A DNA stretch of 64,000 nt, from the NCBI GenBank assembly GCA_963705105.1, contig CAVPIW010000019.1:1-64000 (forward strand). Reading direction: 5' to 3'. Below are positions 40,675 to 52,950 of this stretch, one piece after another. Made by a program: the position numbers and the translations under genes. Origin of the DNA: an uncultured Nitrospiraceae bacterium (GTDB lineage Bacteria > Nitrospirota > Thermodesulfovibrionia > Thermodesulfovibrionales > Dissulfurispiraceae). Position 1 is the first letter of the stretch. Each line of letters starts with the position of its first letter. Under the pieces are notes generated by a model. The model worked only from the letters and a program-made list of their open reading frames with translations. It was not told the DNA's origin and did not search any database.

Positions 40675-41232
40675 ATGAATATCGAAAAACTCATTGCCAT
40701 AGAGGACCCTGTGAAGCGGAAGGCGATGTTCATGGCCATTTTTTCGAAAGAAGTGGCCGGCCGAGGGGGCGCCCCTCCCATAATCGTGGGCGGTGAGGCC
40801 GTAGAGCTTTACACCCAGGGAAGTTACACCACTGGGGACATAGACATTAAATCCCCTCCGGACGTGACAGAAGCCATTCTGAAGGAATGGGGATTCCTCC
40901 GGGCCGGCAGGACTTGGCTCAACAAAGAGTTGGACATATACATAGACTGGCTTGGAAGTTCACTGGATGAGGGTGAGGAGGCCGAAAAGAGGGTCACTAC
41001 CATAAAAATAGCGGAAGGACTCGAAGTCAAGGTTGTTTCCATGGAAGACCTCATTATCGACAGACTCAGCGCCTTCAGACGGTGGGGAGACACGGATAGT
41101 CTGATGTGGGCAAAGGTTCTTATCAATGTAAAGACGTCCATCGATAGCCTCGATGACAACTATCTCAGAGAGAGGGCAAAGAAAGCAGACCTCTTGAATC
41201 TGCTCGAAGAAATCCTTGCATCGGGTGGCTGA
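40675..41232 (+). CDS. Pol-beta-superfamily nucleotidyltransferase-like protein (DUF6036-like)
   Basis: IIVGGEAVELYT..YTTGDIDI (GG plus DxD), VSMEDLIIDRL. Confidence 0.75.
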   Translation: MNIEKLIAIEDPVKRKAMFMAIFSKEVAGRGGAPPIIVGGEAVELYTQGSYTTGDIDIKSPPDVTEAILKEWGFLRAGRTWLNKELDIYIDWLGSSLDEGEEAEKRVTTIKIAEGLEVKVVSMEDLIIDRLSAFRRWGDTDSLMWAKVLINVKTSIDSLDDNYLRERAKKADLLNLLEEILASGG

Positions 41233-41235
41233 TAT

Positions 41236-41481
41236 ATGGAAATAGCCTATGACAGATTGAAGAATATTGCATCAGAAGTCAGGGCGGAACTTGTGTTGAA
41301 AGGAACTATCGATGTCTCCGGGGGGAAGATACGAAAGAAACCGAGAAGCAAGGAAAAGACGGAATTGCTTTATACCATTGCCATGGAAAGAATGGTGAAA
41401 TATCGACCGCGCAAGGAAGATGACAAGATCATCCTCCCTTATTTTCTGCCGGGCGAAGAAGAGATGCCGACTCAATTGTAA
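41236..41481 (+). CDS. Small basic hypothetical protein coupled to the nucleotidyltransferase
   Basis: 81 aa, starts 3 nt after the upstream stop, same lower-GC composition. Confidence 0.6.
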   Translation: MEIAYDRLKNIASEVRAELVLKGTIDVSGGKIRKKPRSKEKTELLYTIAMERMVKYRPRKEDDKIILPYFLPGEEEMPTQL

Positions 41482-41646
41482 ACTTCTCCGACTTTCCGGT
41501 CGGGGGTATTCTAAACGTTCAACTTGTGATCTATCTTCTCTTCTCATTTTGTCAAGGTTCAAGGGCTTACCCCTTTTCGTTTCCTAAATGCCGAGAATAG
41601 AATAGAGCAAGGGCTCTGCATATTTCTGTCACCTCTTCAATTATTC

Positions 41647-41708
41647 GCCGAACGTTCGCGTTGAGCGGTGCGCCGCTTATCGGCGCGTCCGTTTTCGAAC
41701 GCGCGGGC
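41647..41708 (+). other. Eroded attC-like hairpin
   Basis: GCCGAAC box, then CGCGTTGAGCGGTGCGCCG-CTTAT-CGGCGCGTCCGTTTTCGAACGCG imperfect stem with unpaired bases; final GTT box missing. Confidence 0.45.
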
Positions 41709-41893
41709 AAGCCTCAGCATCACCAGTTCTGTACTATTCCCCAATCAACCGTCCCGGGATATTATCCTTTCCTTTCGTCGCGACGACAACAGGAAAAACT
41801 CCGGTATTTACTCTGCCGGTGTCATGCGATGCGCCAAGGTGACATGCTCTGAAATGTGTCATAAGGACCACGAATGTCGGATTTCCACTTCCT

Positions 41894-41938
41894 TATGCGT
41901 CATATGACATTGACAATATGTCAAATGACGCATATAAT
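41894..41938 (+). promoter_or_regulatory. Consensus sigma70 promoter overlapped by a 17-bp inverted repeat (TA operator)
   Basis: TTGACA(41910)-N17-TATAAT(41933); TATGCGTCATATGACAT / ATGTCAAATGACGCATA. Confidence 0.85.
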
Positions 41939-41978
41939 AAAATAACAACCTGAATCTTTCTTATAGCGGGGTTATACA

Positions 41979-42485
41979 ATGACAGCTGCGGCTGAAAAAG
42001 AATTGAATCTGGAACAGAAGGCCCTCACGATCCTCGGGATGAGATTTCCGGCGGTTCGCGCGGTGTTCAGGGGCGACCTTGCGCAGAGCGCCCCCAAAAG
42101 CTGGGAGGACATAACCGGTGAGCACCTTGATCTGATGATCAGACGTGGACTCTCTGTGGATGCGCTTGAAAATCTCCGCACCAGCCTCGGTGTCCCACAC
42201 GCGACTCTGGAAGAACTGCTCGGAACCAGCAGGAGAACGCTCCAGAGGGCAAGGAAAGAGCACAGACGGCTGTCCCCGGTGGAAAGCGACCGCGCATACC
42301 GCCTTGCCAACGTCTTTGCACTCGCCAGCGCGGTATTCGAAAACGAAGAGGCGGCCAGGGCATGGCTGAAAACTCCGCAAATCGGGCTGGGCGGCAAAGT
42401 GCCCTATGACCTCATCCATACGGAGGTCGGCACGAAGGAGGTCATCGAGCTGCTGAAAAGGATCGAATACGGCGTCCTTGCGTGA
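41979..42485 (+). CDS. Xre/MbcA/ParS-family antitoxin
   Basis: HTH, LSPVESDRAYRLA, A.AWL.TP..GLGG..P..L..T..G...V..LL.RIEYG. Confidence 0.9.
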   Translation: MTAAAEKELNLEQKALTILGMRFPAVRAVFRGDLAQSAPKSWEDITGEHLDLMIRRGLSVDALENLRTSLGVPHATLEELLGTSRRTLQRARKEHRRLSPVESDRAYRLANVFALASAVFENEEAARAWLKTPQIGLGGKVPYDLIHTEVGTKEVIELLKRIEYGVLA

Positions 42486-42937
42486 TACCCGCCTGGCGAC
42501 TGGTCAAGGAGAAATACGCCCCGGAGGCCCTCAGCGGCTTTGGCGGCCAGATGGTGTCGGGCAGGTGGCATCACGCCGGGGTGCCCATCGTGTACGCAGC
42601 GGACAGCCTCGCCCTTGCAGCCCTTGAAATATTCGTGCACCTGCCTCCCGGTGCTCACGGCATGAAGTTCGTTGCCGTCAAGATCGAAATACCCGAAGAT
42701 CTTGAAATCCATGCCCCAAAGGTCCCGCATAACTGGAGGGACACCCCCTCTACTGATTCAACGAGGACACTCGGAACGACCTGGTTCCACGGAGCGCATA
42801 CAGCCGTCATGAAAGTCCCCTCGGTTATTGTCCCTGTGGAGAACAATTACATCCTTAATCCTTCTCACCCGGACTTCAGGAAGTTGATAATTCATCCCCC
42901 CTTGCAGTTCAGCTTCGATCCCAGGATGTGGAAGTAG
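42482..42937 (+). CDS. RES-domain toxin
   Basis: AWRL, SG.GG...SGRW, VYAADS..LAALE..VH, VPSVIVP.E.NYILNP.HPDF. Confidence 0.92.
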   Translation: MIPAWRLVKEKYAPEALSGFGGQMVSGRWHHAGVPIVYAADSLALAALEIFVHLPPGAHGMKFVAVKIEIPEDLEIHAPKVPHNWRDTPSTDSTRTLGTTWFHGAHTAVMKVPSVIVPVENNYILNPSHPDFRKLIIHPPLQFSFDPRMWK

Positions 42938-43038
42938 CAAGGGATGCAGGGGTGTCACCCATCAATACGGCCCTGGCACTATGGGCCTGAACCGCTGTAA
43001 ATATGATATCATTTTGAAAAGTGGATCGAGAGGTGAAT

Positions 43039-43236
43039 ATGAAAGCTAAATTGAACATGATCTATTGGAAGGGTGATAAATTCTGGGTGGGCAAATTACT
43101 TGAGCATCCGGAAATAATGACACAGGGAGAAACGCTGGAAGAACTCGAAGATAATATGAGGGATGCTTATATAATGATGACAATGGAGGATGTTCCCGAG
43201 AAATATAAGGTCAAGAAACTTGAATTGGCAGTATGA
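43039..43236 (+). CDS. hicB: HicB-family antitoxin (short)
   Basis: WVGKLLEHPEIMTQGETLEELEDNMRDA. Confidence 0.85.
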   Translation: MKAKLNMIYWKGDKFWVGKLLEHPEIMTQGETLEELEDNMRDAYIMMTMEDVPEKYKVKKLELAV

Positions 43237-43409
43237 AGAGGAAAGACCTTATCAAGAGGTTAACCGATGAAGGATGCCTTCTCGCACGACATGGCAGCCG
43301 GCATGATCTCTATAAAAATCCGACCACAGGCAAGAAACAACCCATTCCAAGGCACATGGAAATAGACGAGGACCTTGCGAAACACATAATAAAAGAACTG
43401 ACACGATAA
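43233..43409 (+). CDS. hicA: HicA-family toxin, 58 aa (below the ORF-track cut-off)
   Basis: Manual translation MKRKDLIKRLTDEGCLLARHGSRHDLYKNPTTGKKQPIPRHMEIDEDLAKHIIKELTR; ATGA overlap with hicB. Confidence 0.88.
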   Translation: MKRKDLIKRLTDEGCLLARHGSRHDLYKNPTTGKKQPIPRHMEIDEDLAKHIIKELTR

Positions 43410-43469
43410 CAGTACCGGGCCGGGATGTCTCAAGTGTAAAGCACACCTGGAAAAGCTTCGAACCATTCT

Positions 43470-45656
<2,187 letters not shown>

Positions 45657-45699
45657 TTAACAAATATTATAGCGCACACTATGAGTGACGCAGCACAGA

Positions 45700-45728
45700 G
45701 GCTTTGAGGCACTTTGTCCCTCCTTTTC
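45700..45728 (+). mobile_element. Degenerate right-arm fragment of the MITE-like family
   Basis: GGCTTTGAGGCACTTTGTCCCTCCTTTTC resembles the reverse complement of 22981-23019. Confidence 0.5.
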
Positions 45729-45817
45729 AACAGTGCCGGCGAGACCATGCAGTTCTATGAACGGCGGAGCCTTTTCCTGTATACTTTAAAAAAACCATGG
45801 ATGGCCGGGGGGGCTCA

Positions 45818-46009
45818 ATGGAGAAAAAAGAACGAAGGTCCGGTGCGGACCGCAGGGCCGGTCAGGATCGCAGAGCGGGTCAGGACCGGAGAAAACGAAA
45901 CGACCCGAATTACAAGGGGCCTGAGCGCAGAAGCGGCAAGGACAGGAGATCAGGGGAGGAGCGCAGGAACCTCTTCGGTTTCTACACGCCGTCCTCGGCG
46001 CCTTCATAA
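45818..46009 (+). CDS. Small protein made of (E/D)RRxG repeats
   Basis: MEKKERRSGADRRAGQDRRAGQDRRK...GPERRSGKDRRSGEERR. Confidence 0.7.
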   Translation: MEKKERRSGADRRAGQDRRAGQDRRKRNDPNYKGPERRSGKDRRSGEERRNLFGFYTPSSAPS

Positions 46010-46027
46010 GCCGGAGAAAGGAGGATC

Positions 46028-46864
46028 ATGCTGAACTTCAAGGTCAATGAGGAGAGGTGCATCAAGTGCGGCGAGTGCGCCGAGGACTGCGTGGCGGACA
46101 TCATCGCCTTCGACGGCGAATATCCCTCCATCAAGCCCGGCAGGGAGGGCGACTGCATCCGCTGCCAGCATTGCTTTGCCGTCTGCAGCGAAGGGGCCGT
46201 CAGCATTTTCGGGCTCGATCCTGACAATGCCGTCAGCCTCGAAGGCAATCTGCCCGACGGGGAGAAGATTGCGACTCTCATCAAAGGGAGACGGTCCGTG
46301 CGGCGTTACAAGAAGGAGCCCCTTGACTGGGCGACGATACAGGAGTTGCTCGAAGTCGTTGCACACGCACCGACGGGGATCAACAACCGGCAGAATCTCT
46401 TTACCGTCGTCGACGATCCTCTTGTCATGGAGAAGATCCGCCAGGAGACGATGGCCGGCGTCAAAAAGGCCGTCACGCAGGGCGCCCTTCAGAAGGGCCT
46501 TGAATTTTATACCGGCATCGTTGATGCCTGGGATGCCGGCAAGGACGTGATATTCCGCGGGGCGCCCCATATGCTTGCCGTCTCGACGCCGAAAAGCGGG
46601 CCGTCACCGGAGCCCGACACGCTCATCGCTCTCTCGTACTTCGAGCTGCTCGCACAGGCCAAAGGGATCGGCACGCTCTGGAACGGCCTTCTGAAATGGG
46701 CCATTACCGCCATCGTCCCCGAAATGCGGGCAAGGATCGGCATCCCCGAGGACCATCACCTCGGATACACAATGGTCTTCGGTAAACCCGATGTCCTGTA
46801 CTACCGGACAGTGCAGAAGAGCCCGGACCGTGTACGCAGGGTTACCTTGCAGGCGCCTAACTGA
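46028..46864 (+). CDS. Nitroreductase with N-terminal 2x[4Fe-4S]
   Basis: CIKCGECAEDC, CIRCQHCFAVC, RRSVRRY, APTGINN, GIGTLW. Confidence 0.9.
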   Translation: MLNFKVNEERCIKCGECAEDCVADIIAFDGEYPSIKPGREGDCIRCQHCFAVCSEGAVSIFGLDPDNAVSLEGNLPDGEKIATLIKGRRSVRRYKKEPLDWATIQELLEVVAHAPTGINNRQNLFTVVDDPLVMEKIRQETMAGVKKAVTQGALQKGLEFYTGIVDAWDAGKDVIFRGAPHMLAVSTPKSGPSPEPDTLIALSYFELLAQAKGIGTLWNGLLKWAITAIVPEMRARIGIPEDHHLGYTMVFGKPDVLYYRTVQKSPDRVRRVTLQAPN

Positions 46865-47022
46865 AAATTCTGCAGGAAGAGCCCATCCAAGGTGCTCTAT
46901 CTTAACCGGATAGAGATGATATTCATGATATAATGACATTTATCACCCCTATCCAAAATATCTTACAGACAGACCTTGAAAGCGAGGATTGGGTGTGGTT
47001 TCTGAAGCAAAATTCACGGTTG

Positions 47023-47230
47023 CCTTGCACGAAAAGACGGTGCAAAACGCCTCAAAGCCTCGCTGATAGCGAGCATGATTGTTTATTATTGGTGTATCAG
47101 GAATTCATTCGACCTGTCATCGATCGTTGGTCTGCAATGGTCTGTACGGGAAGGCAGAGGTTTCGCAGCACCGATGCTTTTCGGCGCATTCGCCCCGTCT
47201 TTCCGGAGATCTCATTGCGGTGATAAGGGT
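47023..47230 (-). mobile_element. MITE-like element, subfamily 2
   Basis: Reverse complement arms GAAAGACGGGGCGAATGCGCCGAAAAGCATCGGTGCTGCGA / TCGCTATCAGCGAGGCTTTGAGGCGTTTTGCACCGTCTTTTC. Confidence 0.8.
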
Positions 47231-47395
47231 TTATTTTGCGAAGAAGGCATGCCTAATCCTCGTGTCGCGTTATTTTGGACACCAATGGACATTTATATAA
47301 TAAAAGATTGCGCTATTTCTCGGTCAAATTGCCTGATATCTTTACTCGAGTCCGACCCTGACTGACTCAAACACCTTGTGAGGAAAGGAGGGGGT

Positions 47396-50300
47396 ATGGC
47401 AGAAATGAAAAGGCCTTCAGAGGAACAATCTCAGCATAAGAGCACTGCCCGCAGGAAGCCGGGGAGCGCTCAAAAGCCCGGCAAAGCCACACCCCTCACC
47501 GTCAAGCAACAAACTCCGCTGCACAGGAGAGGCAGCGGGAGTTTCTATATCGTCGGCATCGGCGCCTCCGCGGGCGGACTGGAGGCCTTTGAGAAATTCT
47601 TCAGGAATATGCCTGCCGATAGCGGCATAGCCTTCGTCTTGATCCCCCACCTGGACCCGACGCACAAAAGCATCCTGGCTGACCTGCTCCAGCGCTACAC
47701 GAAAATGACCATCGTCCAGGCACAGGACGGGATGAAAGTGCAGCCCAACGTTGTGCACATCATCCCACCGAACAAAGACATGTCCATCCTGCACGGGACC
47801 CTTCAGTTGTTTGAACCGGTCAAGAGCCAAGGCATACGGCATCCTATTGATTTCTTTTTCCGGTCACTGGCTGAAGACCAGCGGGAGAAGGCCGTCGCCG
47901 TTATCCTCTCCGGCACCGGGACAGAAGGCGTGCTCGGCTTAAAGGCAATCAAGGGTGAAGGAGGCCTGGTACTTGTGCAGGACGTGATGACGGCGAAATA
48001 TGACGGCATGCCGGGCAGCGCCATAGCAACAGGTCTTGCCGACCACGTGCTGCCTCCGGACAGGATGCCTGAACAGCTCCTGCGCTATATCAGGAGACCC
48101 TATTCCAAACCCGTTCCGCTCGGTGAACAACCGGCGAGGACGTCCCAGAACCTTTTGCAGAAGATATTTGTGCTGATCCGGGCCCAGACAGATCACGACT
48201 TTTCCCTTTATAAACAGATGACCATCCTGCGCAGGATCGAAAAACGGATGGCAATGCACCAGATCGGGCGGCTGGCGGACTACGTCACGTACCTCCGCGA
48301 TACCCCCCCTGAAGTCGAAGCACTTTTCAAAGAGCTGTTGATCAGGGTAACCAATTTCTTCAGAGACCCCGAAGCATTCGAGGTCCTGAAATCGAAAGTG
48401 CTTCCCCACGTGCTGAAAAGCAGACCCGCCGATGCCCCCCTCCGGATATGGGTGCCCGGCTGCTCTACTGGTGAAGAGGCATACTCCCTGGCGATCATCG
48501 TTCGTGAATGCGCACAAATGCTGAAAGCGAAATTCAAAGTACAGATATTTGCGACTGACATAGACGGCGCAGCCATCGAAACGGCACGTGCCGGCCTCTA
48601 TGCCGAAAGTATAAGCGTTGACGTTTCGCCCGAGCGCCTGACCGGATTCTTTGTCAGAAAAGGCGCGAAGTACAAGATAAAGGAAGATATCCGGGGAATG
48701 GTCGTCTTTGCGGTCCAGGACGTCGTCAAGGACCCGCCCTTCTCGCGGCTCGACATGATAAGCTGCAGAAACCTCCTGATCTACATGAGCGCAGACCTCC
48801 AGAAGAAGCTCCTGCCCCTGTTCAGTTATTCCCTGAAGCCCGGCGGCATCCTGTTCCTCGGGTCTTCCGAGAACATCGGAGACCGGGCCGACATGTTTTC
48901 CGTGCTCGACAAGAAATGGAGGATATATGCAGTCAAGCGGTCCGCAGTTGTGCCGTTGCCTGCCGACCTGCATCATGGTCGGCTGCCCGATGCAGTCGCA
49001 AAACCGGAACAGTCCGTCGAATTCAAGACGCCCGGGGATGACAGCATCGGCGTATTGACCGAGCAGTTGCTGCTGGAAAGCTATGTGCCCGCATGCGTGA
49101 TCGCAGATGAAAAAGGCGATATCCTCTATTTCCACGGCAGGACCGGCGCCTATCTCGAGCCTGCCTCGGGAAAAGCACGGCTCAATGTCGTCGACATGGC
49201 ACGCGAGGGGTTGCGCCGTGAACTCCGGACCGGTCTCGGCAAGGCGATGACCCAGGGAGAGGACATCCTGCTGAAAGGGCTTCGCGTAAAGATGAACGGG
49301 GGCTTCAAGACCGTGGACCTCGAGGTGAAATACATCAAAAAGCCGGAGCGCCTGCGAGGCCTCGTGATGGTCGTGTTTCATGAGACGGCGCAGATCAGGG
49401 GTGAGAAAACGGCGCGTCCAAAACTTCCTCCTGAGGGAAAACCGCACCGCCGCACTGCCGAACTTGAATGGGAACTCAAGTCTGCGAAAGAACACCTCCA
49501 GTCCACCATCGAAGAACTCGAAACCTCCAACGAAGAGCTCCAGTCGTTGAATGAAGAGCTCCAGTCCGCCAACGAGGAACTTCAGAGCACGAATGAAGAG
49601 ATAGAGACCTCCCAGGAGGAGCTCCAGTCCGTCAATGAAGAGCTCATAACGGTCAATGCGGAGCTGCAGAAAAAAATCGACGAACTGGTGGAGCTCAACG
49701 ATGATATGAGTAACATGCTTGCAGGCACCCAGATCGCCACCATTTTTTTAAGCAACGATCTGCTCATCAAGCGGTTCACCCCGGCGACGACCGATATTAT
49801 CCACCTTATCCAGGCGGATTTGGGGCGCCCCATCAGCGACATCGCCGCGAAACTGGACTATGACGTGGTAAAAGACGCGGAAGAGGTGCTCAGGACCCTG
49901 GCCTCGAAAGAGCGAGAAGTGCCCAGCCGAAACGGGCGATGGTATGTTGTCCGCATCATGCCGTACCGGACCGTGGCGAACGTCATTGACGGAGTCGTTG
50001 TCACGTTTGCAGATGTGACCGCGCAGAAGCGGGCCCAGGAAGATCTGCGGGAGGCCCTCGATTTCACCGAGGCCATCGTCGAGACAGTGCGGGAACCGCT
50101 CGTGATACTCAATGGGAACCTGCAGGTGATACGCGCAAACAACGCCTTCTATAAGACCTTCGACGTGTCCCCCGGAATGACCGAAAAAAGGCTTATCTAC
50201 GAGCTCGGCAATCGCCAGTGGGACATACCGGCACTCAGGGAGCTCCTCGAAAGTATCCTGCCGGAAAACTCGCAGGTCCTTGATTTCGTGGTTGACCATG

Positions 50301-50431
50301 AATTCCCGGGCATCGGGCGCAAGAAGATGCTGCTTAATGCCCGCCGGATGGCAAGGCAGGAAGCTCGGACACAGACCATTCTCCTGGCCATCGAAGACAT
50401 AACCGACCGGAAAGACAGGCATGAGCAATAG
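47396..50431 (+). CDS. CheB methylesterase - CheR methyltransferase - coiled coil - PAS fusion
   Basis: GIGASAGG, HL.P, LSGTG; VTNFFRD, GCSTGEE.YS, ATDID, SCRN; EELQS.NEE repeats; PAS domains. Confidence 0.93.
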   Translation: MAEMKRPSEEQSQHKSTARRKPGSAQKPGKATPLTVKQQTPLHRRGSGSFYIVGIGASAGGLEAFEKFFRNMPADSGIAFVLIPHLDPTHKSILADLLQRYTKMTIVQAQDGMKVQPNVVHIIPPNKDMSILHGTLQLFEPVKSQGIRHPIDFFFRSLAEDQREKAVAVILSGTGTEGVLGLKAIKGEGGLVLVQDVMTAKYDGMPGSAIATGLADHVLPPDRMPEQLLRYIRRPYSKPVPLGEQPARTSQNLLQKIFVLIRAQTDHDFSLYKQMTILRRIEKRMAMHQIGRLADYVTYLRDTPPEVEALFKELLIRVTNFFRDPEAFEVLKSKVLPHVLKSRPADAPLRIWVPGCSTGEEAYSLAIIVRECAQMLKAKFKVQIFATDIDGAAIETARAGLYAESISVDVSPERLTGFFVRKGAKYKIKEDIRGMVVFAVQDVVKDPPFSRLDMISCRNLLIYMSADLQKKLLPLFSYSLKPGGILFLGSSENIGDRADMFSVLDKKWRIYAVKRSAVVPLPADLHHGRLPDAVAKPEQSVEFKTPGDDSIGVLTEQLLLESYVPACVIADEKGDILYFHGRTGAYLEPASGKARLNVVDMAREGLRRELRTGLGKAMTQGEDILLKGLRVKMNGGFKTVDLEVKYIKKPERLRGLVMVVFHETAQIRGEKTARPKLPPEGKPHRRTAELEWELKSAKEHLQSTIEELETSNEELQSLNEELQSANEELQSTNEEIETSQEELQSVNEELITVNAELQKKIDELVELNDDMSNMLAGTQIATIFLSNDLLIKRFTPATTDIIHLIQADLGRPISDIAAKLDYDVVKDAEEVLRTLASKEREVPSRNGRWYVVRIMPYRTVANVIDGVVVTFADVTAQKRAQEDLREALDFTEAIVETVREPLVILNGNLQVIRANNAFYKTFDVSPGMTEKRLIYELGNRQWDIPALRELLESILPENSQVLDFVVDHEFPGIGRKKMLLNARRMARQEARTQTILLAIEDITDRKDRHEQ

Positions 50432-52223
50432 TCACGAACAGGAAGATGTATCGCGCCTCCGGAAAAATGCGGAGAAGAAACTGAAGGCACAGCTTGTGAG
50501 GCTCAATAAGCTCTCAACCCTGGATGTGCAGGACCTCGTTCACGAACTTGGGACGCACCAAATCGAACTGGAGATGCAGAACGAAGAGCTGCGCAGGGCG
50601 CAGGAAGAGCTTGAGTCATCGCGGAGCAGGTACGTGGATCTCTACGATTTTGCGCCTGTCGGTTATTTCACCTTTGACAAGAACGAACTGATCCGAGAGG
50701 TGAATCTCACGGGAGCAAGATTGCTGGGAATCGAGCGCGCATTGCTGCTCAATAAACCCTTTGCCGGTTTTATTGCAGAGGCGGCGGACAGAATATTGTT
50801 CTCGAACCACCGGCAGGAGGTTTCGCAGGCCCCCGGCAAGCAGACCTGCGAAATCAGGCTCAGGAAGAAAGACGGCACGGTGTTCATTGCGCAACTCCGG
50901 AGCGTGGCGAAGACAGATATGGACGGCAAAGCCTTGTCTATCCATACCGTCATTGCGGACATCACCGACCGCAAACGGCTTGAAGAAAGACTCATTAGAG
51001 CGCACAGCGAGCTTGAAGAGAGAGTGCGGGAGAGAACGTCGGAACTGGAAGCGACCAACAGAGCGTTACAGATAGAGGTGGCTGAGCGCAGAAAGGCTGA
51101 GGAGGCACAGCGCGCCTCTGCCAAGGTGATTCAGGACCTCTACGACAATGCGCCCTGCGGTTACCACTCGCTGAATGAGCACGGGGTCTTTGTTCTGATC
51201 AATGACACCGAGCTGCGATGGCTGGGATACTCGCGCGAGGAGGTCGTGGGCAGGATGAAGTTCGGCGATGTCCTCAGCCCGGGGAGCGCCGAGGTCTTCA
51301 GGGAGCATTTCGTGAAGTTCAAAGAGCGCGGGGAGAAACAGGATCTCGAGCTTGAGATGACCCGCAAGGACAGGACTGTTTTTGCTGCCCTCCTCAGCGC
51401 TTCTGCCCTGCGAGATGAAGAGGGCAACTTCTTCATGTGCAGATCGACCGTGTTTGACATTTCGGAGCGCAAGAAGGCTGAGATGGAGGCGATGCGGGCA
51501 GCCCGCCTGGCCTCGATCGGGGAACTTGCAGCAGGCGTAGCCCACGAGATCAACAACCCCATCAACAGCATCATCAACTATGCGGAGATCATCGCGCAAA
51601 AGACGCACGGGGATGCGCCGCAGCACCCGATGGCAGAGGAGATCAAGCAGGAAGGTATGCGGATTGCAGCCATCGTGAAGGGGTTGCTGTCTTTTGCACG
51701 CGATACGAAAGGCAGGAAGACGCCGGTGACTGCAAGAAACATCGTCTCGGCCGCTCTGGCACTTACCAGTGCCGTCATGCGCAAGGAGGCCATCATCCTC
51801 AGGCTGACGGTCCCCGACGACCTGCCCACTGTGCTTGGCAACACGCAGGAACTGCAGCAGGTCGTGCTGAATATCATCAGCAATGCGCGCTATGCTCTGC
51901 AGGAGAAGTATCCTCACGCACACGACGACAAGATTCTGGAAATCATGGGAGGATTTGTTAAGAATGATACCAGACCGGCGGTCCGGCTCATCTTCCGCGA
52001 TCACGGCACGGGCATCCCCGCGCCAGTGCTTCACCGGGTTCATGAGCCTTTCTTCACGACGAAACCGGGATCCCTCGGGACAGGCATCGGCCTCAGCATC
52101 AGTGCCAAGATCGTGGCGGATCATGGTGGCCGGCTCACCATAGACAGCAAGGAAGGATCGTATACAGAGGTGACGGTCGAGTTGCCCGCTTCAGTTGAAG
52201 AGGGCGGCAAGGGGGAGAAATGA
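50421..52223 (+). CDS. PAS-PAS sensor histidine kinase
   Basis: AGVAHEINNP H-box, QVVLNIISNA N-box, DHGTGI, PFFTTK, GTGIGLS. Confidence 0.93.
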   Translation: MSNSHEQEDVSRLRKNAEKKLKAQLVRLNKLSTLDVQDLVHELGTHQIELEMQNEELRRAQEELESSRSRYVDLYDFAPVGYFTFDKNELIREVNLTGARLLGIERALLLNKPFAGFIAEAADRILFSNHRQEVSQAPGKQTCEIRLRKKDGTVFIAQLRSVAKTDMDGKALSIHTVIADITDRKRLEERLIRAHSELEERVRERTSELEATNRALQIEVAERRKAEEAQRASAKVIQDLYDNAPCGYHSLNEHGVFVLINDTELRWLGYSREEVVGRMKFGDVLSPGSAEVFREHFVKFKERGEKQDLELEMTRKDRTVFAALLSASALRDEEGNFFMCRSTVFDISERKKAEMEAMRAARLASIGELAAGVAHEINNPINSIINYAEIIAQKTHGDAPQHPMAEEIKQEGMRIAAIVKGLLSFARDTKGRKTPVTARNIVSAALALTSAVMRKEAIILRLTVPDDLPTVLGNTQELQQVVLNIISNARYALQEKYPHAHDDKILEIMGGFVKNDTRPAVRLIFRDHGTGIPAPVLHRVHEPFFTTKPGSLGTGIGLSISAKIVADHGGRLTIDSKEGSYTEVTVELPASVEEGGKGEK

Positions 52224-52461
52224 AGCCGACAGTACTTGTCGTCGATGACGAACAGGGCATACGGGCCACCTTTGACATCTTCCTGCGGCACGAGGGGTGC
52301 GAAGCTGCCACTGCAGAAAATGACGAGGAGGCGATGGCGATTATTTCCGGGACCGCCTTTGACATGATCCTCGCAGATACAATCCTGTAAGGCGAGCCAG
52401 GAATCATGCTTCTTCGGGAGATCAGGGATAGGCAGCCGGAATGTCCCGTGGTCATGTTCAC
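52220..52461 (+). pseudogene. Response-regulator receiver remnant
   Basis: MKPTVLVVDDEQ...FDMILADTIL*GEPGIMLLREI...PVVMFT; in-frame TAA at 52388-52390 and no receiver-like sequence after VVMFT. Confidence 0.85.
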
Positions 52462-52649
52462 CTTCTCCTCATGGTGTCGTCCATATGAACGATTGATGAT
52501 CCTGCCGGCTTCGCGCATCAGATTAACGACGAAGCCACATCCCGATAAAGTGGCGCCCGAGTCAGAGTCCCTAAAGAAAGAGGCTCTGAGAAAGATTTAT
52601 AGAACAACAATGTGTGTTGTCAGCTTCACCGATTGTAAGGAGGTAGAGC

Positions 52650-52943
52650 ATGTCCGTGATTCTGATCAATCCCTTCGACGTTCCGGCCGGAAAGGACGAG
52701 GAGGCGCTCGCCTTTTGGGAAAAGGCGGCGGATTACATGCGGACGCAGCCGGGTTTCATTTCCACCCGGTTGCATAAGGCGATCGTCCCATGGGCCCGTT
52801 TCCGTCTTATCAACGTCGCCGAGTGGGAATCGTCGGCGCACTTTGAGGCCGCCGTCAACAGTGCGGAATTCAAGACACTCACCGAGCCCTACATGGAGGA
52901 ATTCCCCCACTATCCCGGTCTTTATGAGGTGGTGAAAACCTGA
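52650..52943 (+). CDS. Antibiotic biosynthesis monooxygenase (ABM) family protein
   Basis: LINPFDVP..., QPGFISTRLH, INVAEWES; RBS AAGGAGG. Confidence 0.85.
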   Translation: MSVILINPFDVPAGKDEEALAFWEKAADYMRTQPGFISTRLHKAIVPWARFRLINVAEWESSAHFEAAVNSAEFKTLTEPYMEEFPHYPGLYEVVKT

Positions 52944-52950
52944 CCGTCGG

